Of a stretch of 64,000 nt of DNA, positions 1 through 11,169 are shown one piece after another. The translations under genes were made by a program, and so were the position numbers. The DNA comes from Octopus sinensis (lineage: Eukaryota), in assembly GCF_006345805.1 (NCBI RefSeq), contig NC_042997.1, forward strand, positions 211,420,001-211,484,000, read 5' to 3'. Each line of letters starts with the position of its first letter. Positions within the stretch are counted from its first letter, which is position 1. The notes beneath the pieces are model-generated. The model searched no databases. It worked only from the letters and a program-made list of their open reading frames with translations, and had not been told where the DNA came from.

Positions 1-84
1 CCAGGTAACTTACTTTTACTTTACGTTACCTCATCTTAAAATCTATTTCTCAGTTAGGGGGTCCATAAATCTCTGACCATTTAA

Positions 85-304
85 CCCTTTAGTGTTCAAA
101 CCGGTCATACCATCCCAAAATTGTCTTCCTGTTATATGCTCAAACCAGCCAGCTCTGACCTCTCACACCTACCCTACAAAGTCATTCTAAAAATAAACAG
201 GGACATCATCAAAATCTCAGAGTTACAAGATGCTGTACAATTAATTTTAAACAATGTGATTAAACAGGTTTTACATTTGACAGAGTAATCTGAATGCTAA
301 AGGG
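85..304. mobile_element. piggyBac-type MITE (TTAA target-site duplication, CCCTTTAG...CTAAAGGG termini)
   Basis: TTAA at 81-84 and 305-308 flank inverted termini CCCTTTAGtgttca / tgaatgCTAAAGGG. A related copy in the opposite orientation lies at 32918-33130. Confidence 0.8.
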
Positions 305-319
305 TTAAAGGATTTTTAA

Positions 320-990
320 GCTTCCAAATCCTTCTTTTCCAGATTGGTCTGCTTCTTGGCATCCTTCTGGCCTAAAGTCACTAATGACTAGTCTCTGCTG
401 GCGAGTACATTCTTCATGAGGGAAGGTTTTTGCATCTATGAGCATCCATACATCTCGCTGTCTGGTGAGAATGGAATCAGGTTAGTGTAGTCACTTGATT
501 GATAGGTTATCAGGTGATTGGCTGGCTTCCTGAAGTTGGTGTTGCAGATTAATAGGTTATTTGAATCACAGAACTCCAGTTGCCTTGTTCCCTCTTCGTT
601 TCAGGAACCAATGCCATGGGACCCATGTACATTATGGAAGATACCCGGCTGCTACCCAACATGTCCATTGAAATCACCAACCACAAAGACGAGGTCATTG
701 TCATTAGTCTTTGAGGGAGCTTGCAAAAGACTATCATACAAGCAGCCCTTTCGTTCATTTAGCAGCCCTGCTTGAGGGACACAGGCAGAGATAATTGTTG
801 CTGTAATACTCTGCAAAACTAGCCAAAGCTTAAGTACTCTATTGCACATTCTGACTACCTTAATTACCTTATCCACCCATTTCTCTGCTAGAGGTATGCC
901 TTCATACCCTACCCCAATGCTGTTAGCTTCCCAGAAGATTCCATACTTATACTTCTTGCCCGTAAGGAACCTGGCTGAAGCTCCCCTTCA
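320..990 (-). mobile_element. RTE-clade LINE fragment, AP-endonuclease region (decayed)
   Basis: ORF 652-876 reads ...TIISACVPQAG...LVFVVGDFNGHVG, the (S)AYAPQ and GDFNGHVG motifs of RTE APE domains. Confidence 0.8.
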
Positions 991-1314
991 CTTTACTTCT
1001 TGAATGTAACACACATCAACATACCTCTCTTCAAGCATTTCAACAATCTCAACAATAATGTACAATACCTTCATTATCATCGTTTAATATACGTCTTCCA
1101 TGCTGACAGGAGCTGGCAAGCCAGAGAGCCGCATTGGGCTCCAATTGCCTGTCCTGGCATGATTTCTATGACTGGACATCCAACCACTTTGCAGAGTTCT
1201 TTTTTATGTGACGTCAGCATGGAAGCATTTTTATGCGGTGCCAGCAGAAGTACTTTTAACATGGCACCAGCACAGCAAGTAAAAAGCACCTGCGCTTTTA
1301 TATCATGTACATAT

Positions 1315-1860
1315 AATCATCATCATCATCATCATCGTTTAGCATCCGTTTTCCATGCTAGCAGGGGTTGGACGGTTCAAATGGGGTCTGTGAAGCCAGA
1401 AGGCTGCATCAGGCCCAGTCTGATTTGGCAGTGTTTCTATGGCTGGATGCCCTTCCTAACGCCAACCACACCATGAGTGTAGTGGGTGCTTTTTACGTGC
1501 CACCCGCACAGGTGCCAGACGGATTTGGCAAACGGCCACGGATGGATGGTGCTTTTTACGTGCCACCGGCACAGGGGCCAGACGAAGCTGGCAACGGACA
1601 CGAACGGATGGTGCTTTTTACGTGCCACCGGCACGGGGGCCCGACGAAGCTGGCAACGGACACGAACGGATGGTGCTTTTACATGCCACCGGCACAGAGG
1701 CCAGTCGGGGCGGTGCTGGCAACGGCCACGATCGGATGGTTCGCTTACTTGTCCCCGGCACTGGTACCACAGCTGCAATTTCCATTGATGTTGATCGACT
1801 TCGATTTTGGTTCTGCTTTCTGATATCGGATTTGATTTGGTTTGATTTTGATTTTGTTAC
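1315..1860 (-). mobile_element. 5'-truncated RTE 3' UTR copy with 62-bp hairpin tandem repeat and (GAT)n tail
   Basis: (CAT)n at ~1315-1336 (tail on minus). About 4 copies of a 62-bp unit start near 1488, 1548, 1610 and 1672. The same sequence is attached to an RTE ORF C-terminus at 25870-26470. Confidence 0.8.
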
Positions 1861-2386
1861 AATGAGTATAAACCATACATGTACACATCAGGTTTGCAGC
1901 CAGAAAAAAAGGGAACAGCTGTTCATGCATGTTTCAACCCCAGTTGCCATCACTGTCAACAACTGTGCACCCTCTTTCGCTATCCAAACACACTGTTTAT
2001 AAACCCACAAATATTACAGGTTAAAGTAAACTAGCAGGTTTACCAGTTTTCAGTCAAACCCGTCCAACCCATGCCAGCATGGAAAGCAGACATTAAACAA
2101 TGACGATGAACATTCCAGACCAGTTTGCATATTTCATACTTTCTTTGCAGCTTTAAACATGGAATTACTAGCATAACCATCATCTTCCTCCTCCTACTCC
2201 TCCTCCTCTGTCTTCCATGTCGGCATGGGCCGGATGCTGACATTGGGAACTGATTAAAGTAATCAAGAATATTAGCTATGAAGAATTATTGAGATCAAGA
2301 ATTTCCAGAGAAAGACTGGAAATAACGACCACTGTTTATGGAATTAGTTTTTTTATAAAAGCAAAAAGAAATGAAAGAAAATCTCC

Positions 2387-2542
2387 AGGTGGCTGTGTGG
2401 TAAGTAGCTTGCTAACCAACCACATGGTTCCGGGTTCAGTCCCACTGCGTGGCACCTTGCGCAAGTGTCTTCTGCTATAGCCCCGGGCCGACCAATACCT
2501 TGTGGGTGGATTTGGTAGACGGAAACTGAAAGAAGCCTGTCG

Positions 2543-2575
<33 letters not shown>

Positions 2576-2800
2576 GTTTGTGTGTCTGTGTTTGTCCCCC
2601 TAGCATTGCTTGACAACCGATGCTAGTGTGTTTACGTCCCCGTCACTTAGCGGTTCGGCAAAAGAGACCGATAGAATATGTACTGGGCTTACAAAGAATA
2701 AGTCCCAGGGTCGATTTGCTCGACTAAAGGCGGTGCTCCAGCATGGCCGCAGTCAAATGACTGAAACAAATAAAAGAGTAAAAGAGAGAGTAAAAGAGTA
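2387..2800 (+). mobile_element. tRNA-derived SINE, family A (~400 bp)
   Basis: Pol III A/B-box-like head (tggtaagtagc / gggttcagtccc), central (TA)n(TG)n, tail ending cagtcaaatgactgaaaca...(TAAAAGAG)n. Near-identical copies occur elsewhere in the window. Confidence 0.85.
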
Positions 2801-2809
2801 GACAATTAC

Positions 2810-2924
2810 CTTCATAAATGGTGTTTTACCTTCTTTATCACTAATGCTGGTGCGAGCATTCCATGCCAAAAGTTCTTGGACAACAGCAGCATGTCCTTGA
2901 CAACATGCCAAATGCAATGGCGTT
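2810..2924 (-). CDS. ANKRD26: ANKRD26-like ankyrin-repeat protein, coding exon 2 (115 nt): (R)TPLHLACCQGHAAVVQELLAWNARTSISDKEGKTPFMK
   Basis: Canonical acceptor (ttgttgtag) and donor (AAG|gtaatt) on minus, and a complete ankyrin repeat TPLHLA..GH..VV.LL. Sequence and exon boundaries resemble ANKRD26-family exon 2 (recalled as RTALHLACANGH...ALMK). Confidence 0.85.
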
Positions 2925-3243
2925 CTACAACAAATAAAATACTAAAATTGAATGATACAATCTTCAATTGGGGATCGATTGTCTGTTGGTGAGGAAATCA
3001 AATGAAATGAGTCGCAAAGTAACAAAGCCAGAATGTGCCTTGGATATTGTCTTTCCAGGGTGAGGTTAGGGTAGAGTCTCTTAAAGAACAGAGGGTAAAG
3101 ACAAAGCAGTGTCTGTTAGTGAAAAGAGTATGGGAATCTATATTAAAGACAGGGTACAGACATAGCAGTGTCTATTAAACAACATGGAGTAACAGCCATG
3201 GTAGAGTCTCTTAAGGGGTACAGTGTGACAGAGTCTAATATAT

Positions 3244-3457
3244 ATTTCTTTACTACCCACAAGGGGCTAAACAAGGACAGACAACCGGAATAAGTTGATT
3301 ACATCGACCCAGTGCATAACTGGTACTTATTTAATCGACCCCGAAAGGATGAAAGGCAAAGTCGACCTCAGTGGAATTTGAACTCAGAACGTAATGGCAG
3401 ACAAAATACCGCTAAGTATTTCGCCCGGCGTGCTAACGGTTCTGCCATCTCGCCGCC
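3244..3457 (-). mobile_element. tRNA-derived SINE, family B, with 16-bp target-site duplication
   Basis: ACAGAGTCTAATATAT is duplicated at 3228-3243 and 3458-3473. The head reads ggcggcgagatggcagaaccgttagcacgcc...gagttcaaattcc on minus. A related copy lies at ~42880-43080. Confidence 0.85.
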
Positions 3458-3669
3458 ACAGAGTCTAATATATGAGTGTGTGAAGACACACCCACACATG
3501 CAGGAGGGATTGTGTGATAAGAAGTTTGCTTCCCAGCCACATGGTTCTAGGTTCACTTCCACTGCGTGGCACCATGGGCATGTTTCTTTTAGTATAGCAT
3601 CAGACTAACCAAAGCCTTATGAGTCGATTTGGTAGGCGAAAACTGAAAGAAGCCTGCTGTGTCGTCATT

Positions 3670-5790
3670 ATCATCATCATCCTTTCACATCCACTCTTCC
3701 TGCTGGCATGGGTTGGACAGTTTGACATGGAGATAGCCTGTAGGAAGCTCTCCAATCTCCAATTGTCTGTTGTGGCGTGGTTCCTATGGTTGGATGCCCT
3801 TTCTAGTACCAACAACTAGCAGAATGTGCTGGGCACTTTTTAATGCATAACTGGTGGCACAGGTGGTTTTTAAGTGGAACCGGTACCTGATAGGACACAC
3901 CTGTACAGGTGCAAGACAATGATTTTAGTTAACTTGACCCATATTATCAAGTACAGCAAATAACCCAACCCCTTGTCATTTCCCCCAGTGAGGCCCAGCA
4001 TCTGAAAATCCTTTCTCCTCACTTTGCCCCACATCTTCCTGGGTCTACCCCTACCACAAGTTCCCTCTGTAATTACAGCTCAGCACTTCTTTACCCAACT
4101 GTCCTCACCCATACACATCATATAGCCAGACCAGTGCAGTCTTCTCTCTTGCACCACAACATCTGATGCCTCTTCTACCCAGTTTTCCTCTTAAACCATT
4201 TACACTCTGTCATACATGCACACTGGCATCACCCACCCAACAGAGCATCCTGGCTTCATTTCTTTCAAGTTTTCGCAAGTTCCCTGTAGTCGAAGCCCAT
4301 GTTTCGCTGTCATGTTACATAGCTGTATGTACACAGGCATCATACAGCCTGCTTTTCACTCTGAGGGAGAGGCCCTTAGTTACCAACAAAGAAGCTCTCT
4401 GAACTTCGCCCAGCCCCTTCTTATTCTAGCAACTACACTTTCAAAACTTCATCCTCCCCCAATGCTAACTTGGTCTCCTAGGTAACAGAAGCTATCTACA
4501 ACTTCCAATGATTCCCTAAAGCATTTGAGGAAGTCTATTTTCAGTACAGTTTTAGAGCTTATTACACCCACTCATTTGCCACGCACAAAAACCATTTCCC
4601 CTGTCAACCTTCCTGTGATATCTGTACAATGTATGGAGAGTCTACCAACACATTTTCTACATATCATGCAGAGCCATCTCCCAGAAGAGACTTGTGATTT
4701 GTCTGCTCTCCTACTTACTAGGACTTTGGTTTTTGCTAAATTAACCCTTTGATCCCAGACCTTCCTTCCACACCTGAAATTTCCTCTCTAGTTTAGGTAG
4801 TGGTTCAACTATAAGAAGAAAGTCATCAGTGTAGAGGACTCCCAGGGACAGCCGGTCTTAAATTTCTCTGGTAAGGCCTCGAGGACTAAGATAAAGGAGA
4901 AGGGGCTGAGGACTGATCCTTGGTGAACTCCTACTTGTATCCTGAATTTATTGCTAACCTTCACCATACTTGCAGTATCCCTGCACATAGCTTGTACCAC
5001 TCACACTAACCATTCATGTATTCCTAACTTTGGTATTGCCCAACAGAAAAGGGAATGGGGCACTCTGTCAAAGGCTTTCTCCATGTCAACAAAAGCCAGG
5101 TACAGAAGTTTATCTTTAACCAGGTATTTCTCCTGCAGTCACCTAACCAGGAATATAGCATCAGTCATGCTCCTGCCTGACACAAATCCAAACTGCATCT
5201 CAACTACACTTACTCTGTCCCTAATTAATTGAGCTACTGTGACTTTCATCATCTGGTCCAGCAATGTGATGTCTCTGTAATTATTTCTGTGTAAGGCGTC
5301 CCCTTTACCTTTGCAGCAGTTGACTACAATGTTGCTACACCAATTGTTGGGTATGACTCCCTCATGGACAACCTGATTAATTATACAACTCCGCCAGATA
5401 TTTTAAGCATCTCAGCAGTGATTCCTGATAGGCTGGGGTTTTCCCTGCCTTCATATCCTTAATTGCTTTAGTCGATGAGGATAGCCGGTCCCTCAATTGG
5501 GTTGACATTTAGCAGCCTTTCATAATGGCATTTCCAAGCCTCTTTCTTTGCAGAATCATTAGATGCAAGCGAACCATCATCCATACAAACATATTTCTCT
5601 CCTAGGACATCACAATTTTCTCTCACACATGTATTTTGCAATCCCAAAAACTTCAAGTCTCTGGTCCTTACATTGCAGAATGTTGGCAAACTTCTTTTCT
5701 GCTTCTTCCCTGGTTAAATATACCTGTCTCCTAGCTTCTCTTCCGGTTATCTAATTCAGTTCCCTGCTACCACCACACTCCCAGGCCCAT
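3670..5790 (-). mobile_element. RTE LINE fragment, RT domain to 3' tail (decayed)
   Basis: Fragments read VGVHQGSVLSP, GCPWE and KKEAWKCHYERLLNV, with several frameshifts and stops; 3' tail remnant near 3670-3850. Confidence 0.85.
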
Positions 5791-6499
5791 TTCTAATGGC
5801 TGGATGCACAATGTCAGTGTGCATATACAACAGAGTGTAAGTGATTTGAGAGAAAAACTGGATGTACAAGGCATCAAATGAAGTGTGCAAGAGAGAAAGT
5901 TGCGCTGATATGGCTATGTGATGCGTACGAATGAAGACCCAGTTGCATCAAGAGGTGCAAATTGTAGAGGGAGCATGTGGAAGGGGGAGTGGACAATCAG
6001 AACTGTGCTGCACAAGAGCATTCAATACAAATTGCATATAGTGGCAAAGAGGCCAATTCATGTCTTTACGAATCCATGGAGTTTCACATGAGAATAAATA
6101 TATTAGGTGGGTGATGGTAATTGTCATCTAAAGAAGAGAAAAACAAAGAAGAAAAAATCCTTGTATTCTCCGAGTTTAGCCAATGGACAGAGGCTGAACC
6201 GAATTAAAACAAATTCAAGAGAGAGAGAGACTGAAATCTGAGGTTCGTTGGTGAGACAAAAAAAAAAGAAATCGGTCTCCTGTGAGAGACATTGATATAC
6301 TTATGAAGAACAGTGGATGGCGGCAATATAATGGTGAAGAGAATGTGTAAAGTATGAAATACGTAAATCAATAAATCATTTAGTTCAATTAGCTGTCAAT
6401 AACAACCATTAAACCATTCTAATAATGTCACATTTACACTTTCACATCGTTCAGCTTTTGAGTTCCCCAACAAAAGACTAAAAGCAATAAGAATGATGA

Positions 6500-6998
6500 T
6501 GATGATGGTGGTGAAGATAATGATAGGTTTTAGCATGGACACGCCCCGACTGGCCTCATGCCGGTGGCACGTAAAAAGCACCATCCATTCGTGGCCGTTG
6601 CCAGCCTCGCCTGGCCCCCGTGCCGGTGGCACATAAAAAGCACCATCCGATCGTGGCCGTTTGCCAGCCTGGCCTGGCCCCCGTGCTGGTGGCACATAAA
6701 AAGCACTATCTGATCGTGGCCGTTGCCAGCCTGGCCTGGACCCCGTGCCGGTGGCACATAAAAAGCACCATCCGATCGTGGCCGTTTGCCAGACTCGTCT
6801 GGCACCTGTGCTGGTGGCACATAAAAAGCACCCACTACACTCATGGAGTGGTTGGCGTCAGGAAGGGCATCCAGCCGTAGAAACATTGCCAGATCAAACT
6901 GGACCTGGTGCAGCCTTCTGGCTTCCAAGACCCCAGTTGAACCGTCCAACCCATGCTAGCATGGAAAGCGGACGCTAAACGATGATGATGATGATGAT
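6500..6998 (+). mobile_element. RTE 3' UTR copy with ~5 units of the 62-bp hairpin repeat and (GAT)n tail
   Basis: Reverse complement of the 1315-1860 element; ends ...gcatggaaagcggacgctaaac(GAT)n at ~6981-6998. Confidence 0.8.
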
Positions 6999-7611
6999 AA
7001 ATGCTTAAAAGTATTTTGAGAGAAAAGAAACGCAAGCCCTTCAAAATGACAAAGTGAGTATGTCATGGGAAGAAGAAGAAACTGTAGTTTTGTTCTTTTA
7101 ACCCAGTCAATACTGACTCAACAGACCTTTGGTGACCTTTCCCACCACTTCTTTTGTGGTTTTGTCCTTTTGTTCTCTGACACAGAGCATTCATAACGTT
7201 ATTTTACCCAATGTGTTCTTTCAATTTTAAGTCAGTTAAACATGATGCGCGAGTGCGCGCACCGGGACCACTCTTCTTAAATAGTACACACAATGGATAG
7301 CGTAGTCCTGGATAGAACAACTCGAGTTAATCAGAGCTAACCTGCAGTCAGACAGCAACTTATGGGAAACAAGCCTGTTAAAAATAGTAGTCAAATCTCT
7401 CTCAAAACGTAGTGTCTTAAATGGAATAATGTGGTCAGAGATACAATGCCTGATATGGAGATAAACAACAACAACAGACAGAAAATTTGACCAAAGCCTC
7501 TCAATATATTCTTTAAAATAAATTTTAAATTCTACAAATTATTTCAAACAAAATAAAGTTTTTAATTATTTTATGATACAAAAGGAAACAATCATTTTTA
7601 GGGTCGGGAAT

Positions 7612-8340
7612 GGGGTAATTGCAGTTACGCACCTCTCCTTGAAAAATGCATTTTGTCGAAAAAAATTTTTCGGATCCCTACGTTTCAGAGATTACGAATA
7701 GGCAAAAAAAAAAAAAAAAAATCATCCCCACAACCTTCACTCCGCCCCTTTAAAATTTCGAACTTTTTCGAAATGTTTCTTTCCCTATATTTCAGATGAC
7801 GGAAATTCCGAATATGCAAGAAACCACGTTTTCAAAATGCTAAATTCAATAGATATGAATGTCTTCCTGGGGCTAAAAACAATGGTAACACCGTCTTCTT
7901 CTTTCTATAGGACTGCCATATTTAGTTGCCAAATATATTTTATGATTAAACGGACAGGGATAAATAGACAGACAGATAAATAATTGGATGAAAAAGTTCA
8001 AAATTTTAAATTGGGGGAGGGGTGAAATTTGAGCCCCTTATCAAAATTTACAACATTAATTGTTTACGATTATTTAAGGCAAACACAAGAAAAACGCTAA
8101 TTCTTTTCACTTAAATGTTTTTAGATTTAATTTCGATTTGCGTATGCTCGTCAATTCGCTACGATCTCTTTAAAGTAAATAAAATGAAAAATTTAAATTG
8201 AGGGGAATGGGGTGTGAAATATATTGGGGGGGGGGGCATATTCGTAATCTCCGAAATCTAAAACATAGGAATCCGAAAAAAAAAAAGTTTTTCCAAAAAA
8301 ATATATTTTTCGCGGAGAGGTACGAAACTGCATTAGCCCC
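7612..8340. mobile_element. MITE with ~100-bp imperfect terminal inverted repeats, in ANKRD26 intron 1
   Basis: GGGGtaattgcagttacgcacctctcc at 7612 is inverted against ggagaggtacgaaactgcattagCCCC ending at 8340. An inner inverted block (ttcggat..gagattacgaata) is also shared. Confidence 0.7.
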
Positions 8341-8508
8341 GTTGAGAAATATAAAAAGTTTTCATAGTTTTAAAGGACTAGAATAACGTCTCCGAAGTAC
8401 ACAAAACTTCGTGGAAATATTCTTTCAAAAGGCGCCAAGATGGGAATTTGTAACTAATTTGAAGGAAAATATGAAAGAATTTATCGAAAATAAAAGTAAC
8501 TAAGAAAC

Positions 8509-8755
8509 CTGTGACATTTATCCAGCGGACTGGATCTCTTCTGGCGAGAGCTTTAACCTTTTCCAGTTGTCCATACCAAGCAGCTTTGTGTAACTTTCCC
8601 AAATCCTTGTCCCGAACAACATAGATACCATCGGCGAGCGCATTCGATGACAAATTAATACTTTCATTGTCTAAACAGACACTGTCAGATCTCTTTCTGG
8701 ACAATTTTCCTGCAGAAGGTGAAAACTTCCCTAAATTTTTAACAAACTTGAGCAT
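8509..8755 (-). CDS. ANKRD26: ANKRD26-like coding exon 1 (247 nt): MLKFVKNLGK...VVRDKDLGKLHKAAWYGQLEKVKALARRDP / SPLDKCH(R), with a 1-nt frameshift near 8532
   Basis: ATG at 8755 and donor CAG|gtttct at 8509/8508. VRDKDLGKLHKAA resembles the ANKRD26-family N-terminal motif (recalled as VRDRDLGKIHKAA). LDKCHR|TPLHL continues into exon 2 only in a shifted frame. Confidence 0.8.
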
Positions 8756-8894
8756 TGGGACCAAATAACCCACAGTAAAGATGGTTTAGGTAATAAAATT
8801 TATCCTGAGAGCAGTGGTCGCCATTACATCAACAATGTTGTTGTTAGGGGAGAAATGTCAACTCGGCAGTGAATATTAAAATTACACACACTTT

Positions 8895-9160
8895 ATAGTT
8901 TCCGGAATATTTTCGTTTCCCTGAAAATTCTTTAATTTTCAAATAATTGTTTTCAAATTTCTAACACTGATATAGTTATATATGCTAATTATCAAAATTA
9001 TGTTATTTTTCTTTTTTAATCAATAATAAAGAAGTTAGAAGCACTTGAAGTTATGTAATTTTAGCCAATGAAATAAGTTTACTATCCTCACAATCGGAAG
9101 TCGAAACTATGTATTACCATGGCAACTCCAGTGTATTGTTGTTTATCCATATTGGCTAAA
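8895..9160. promoter_or_regulatory. Putative ANKRD26 promoter: RFX X-box, two CCAAT boxes, ETS cores
   Basis: ATTACCATGGCAAC at 9113-9126 is an X-box with one mismatch to GTNRCC-AT-GGYAAC. CCAAT at 9065-9069, ATTGG at 9151-9155, CGGAAGT at 9095-9101 and TTCCGGAA at 8899-8906 all lie within ~400 bp upstream of the ATG. Confidence 0.55.
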
Positions 9161-9169
9161 TTATGTATC

Positions 9170-9510
9170 TTTGGATAACAACAACAATAATAAAAACATT
9201 GTGTACAGTGCTCAGGTGCACTACAACTCATCTAAAGTGTATGTAGTATAATCAGGTGTAGTTTCGGCGGATTTCGGAAAGCATGAGGGCCTTAAAGGAT
9301 GCAGTGTCATGACAGTCAACAACTGATGCTGGCAGTTTATTCCATGATTCAGCAACTCTGAGCGTGAAAAAATGTTTCCGAAAGTCATGGGAGCTGTGTT
9401 GTTTTCTGACTTTGTAGGCATGTCCACGTGTGTTAGACACATGGAGATCAAAAAGTGTTCAGTGTTGTTGTTGGTGAGGTGGTTGATAACTTTGTGGATG
9501 CTTCTAATCT
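9170..9510 (-). mobile_element. CR1-clade LINE 3' end
   Basis: SNTRGHAYKVRKQHSSHDFRKHFFTLRVAESWNKLPASVV...SFK is the typical CR1 ORF2 C-terminus, followed by a short 3' UTR and a (TTG/TTA)n tail. Confidence 0.85.
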
Positions 9511-9929
9511 CTTTATTATTAATTTTTGGAGAGGGTGGGATGAATGCTTCTTTTTAGATCCAAGTGTGGTTGTGTGGTTGAGAAACTTGCTCCCTGACCT
9601 CGTGGTTTCAGGTTCAATTCCACTCACAGCATTTTGGGTGAAACTAAAGCGTTTGACCAGGTCATAAAAACAAAAACAAAAATAGTGTAATAGGTGTAAA
9701 ACAACTTCCTCTAAACGAATATGACCAAAAGCATGTGCGCTCGCGAAAGTGGGGAGGGGAGGCCTCGGAAAATTCACATCGGGAATTTCCGAAAGCGTCT
9801 GACCCGGGCACAAAAACCAAAAACAAAAAAAAAGTGTAATAGATGTAAAAGTACTTGTTCGAAACGATTATCAAGAACACACACACAAAGAGAAATGGTT
9901 GGTTGAAGGCAAGTGTGCATTGAACTGAA

Positions 9930-10290
9930 TTTAAATAAGCAAGAAAGATATTATCAAAGAAGAGGCCATCACTCGTGGAAGCGCCATCCAACCAAAGTAC
10001 AAATATATGGGAAACTACCACCTGTGTCATCTCTTGTGAAAAGTAGGAGAGTCCAGTTTGCAGGACATTGTTGTAGAGCTGAAAAAGAGGTAATTTCTAC
10101 TCTTCTCCTCTGGAAGCCATCTACTTGCAACACCAGAGGTCGCACACTCTCCTACCCTGATGTAATCTCCAGGGATACAGGCATCCAGCAACAGGACCTC
10201 CGTAATGCCATGATGGACTGTGAAGTCTGGCGTAGCATGGTAAATTCCATTGTCTCGACCACGGTCGAACGATGATGATGATGATCTTTA
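9930..10290 (+). mobile_element. RTE-like LINE 3' end (second family)
   Basis: YGKLPPVS..SRRVQFAGHCCR..LLLWKP..RGRTLSY.D..DTG..AMMD.VWR, then a (GAT)n tail. Confidence 0.75.
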
Positions 10291-10699
10291 GTATCTGTTG
10301 TTGTTGTTGTTGTTGTTATTATTATTATGGAGTTGAATGTGTGTGTGTGGTGAAGTTATTAATATCAATATCAATAGATTAAGCAACACCATTGAAGTGA
10401 AATAATAGTTTCTATACTTTTGGTTTGGCACAGCTGAATTGAGTCAAAGACTACATAATACAAGTCAGCAGAAAAAGAGAAAAATGCGATATTCATAACA
10501 GTAAAGAAATAAGACCTCCCCCAAACAGTAACCCTTGTCTTTAAAATCTCCCTAACAAAAAGAAGAGAGGTTGTTTAGCTATGGACTACATTGATCTTTC
10601 CATATTGTGGTTTAGCCAAAACGTTTGCTCAAATCAAGTAAACTTATGAACCAAAGGTAAGCCTAGCCATGACCACCTCAATGGTTCTCTTTCTTTTTG

Positions 10700-11055
10700 T
10701 CAGACATGGCTGTGTGGTTAAGATGGTTTCGAGTTCATCCACTGCATGCCACTTTGGGCAAGTGCCTTCTACTCTACCTGACCCCAGGCTGACCAGTGCC
10801 CAGTGAGAGGATTTGGTAGATAGAAACTGCGGAAGTCTGCTGTATGTGTGTGTGTCTTTGTACCCCACCCTCACTACTTGACAACTGGCATTGGTTTGTT
10901 TACATCCCTGTAACTAAGCAGTTCAGCAAAAAAGTTCAACAGAATAAGTACCAGAGTTTAAAAGAATAAGCATTGGGGTTGATTTGTTTGAGTAAAATCC
11001 TTTAAGGCAACACCCTAGCATGGCTGCAGTCCAATGACTGAAACAAGTAGAAGAG
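10700..11055 (+). mobile_element. Degenerate SINE family A copy
   Basis: Diverged head ggctgtgtggttaag...gggcaagtgcc and tail ccagcatggctgcagtccaatgactgaaacaag. Confidence 0.7.
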
Positions 11056-11169
11056 AGTGGTGTACCAAAGATTATACCATTCAATGTGTTCTAATGCTCC
11101 TCTTGAGTCATTGCAAGTGAACATGTGCAATAAAGACATGAGTAGAGAAGAATTTCCAGAGTGATACCA

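Noticed and set aside
1488-1740. 62-bp palindromic repeats resembling a CRISPR array
   Set aside because: There are no unique spacers and no cas genes. The context is eukaryotic and the repeats are part of an RTE 3' UTR.
2387-2470. tRNA-like A/B boxes here and in other SINE heads
   Set aside because: No complete cloverleaf, and each is fused to a SINE body and tail.
8378-8773. 131-aa ORF as a single-exon gene
   Set aside because: It runs through the exon-1 donor into intron; only 8755-8509 is supported as coding.
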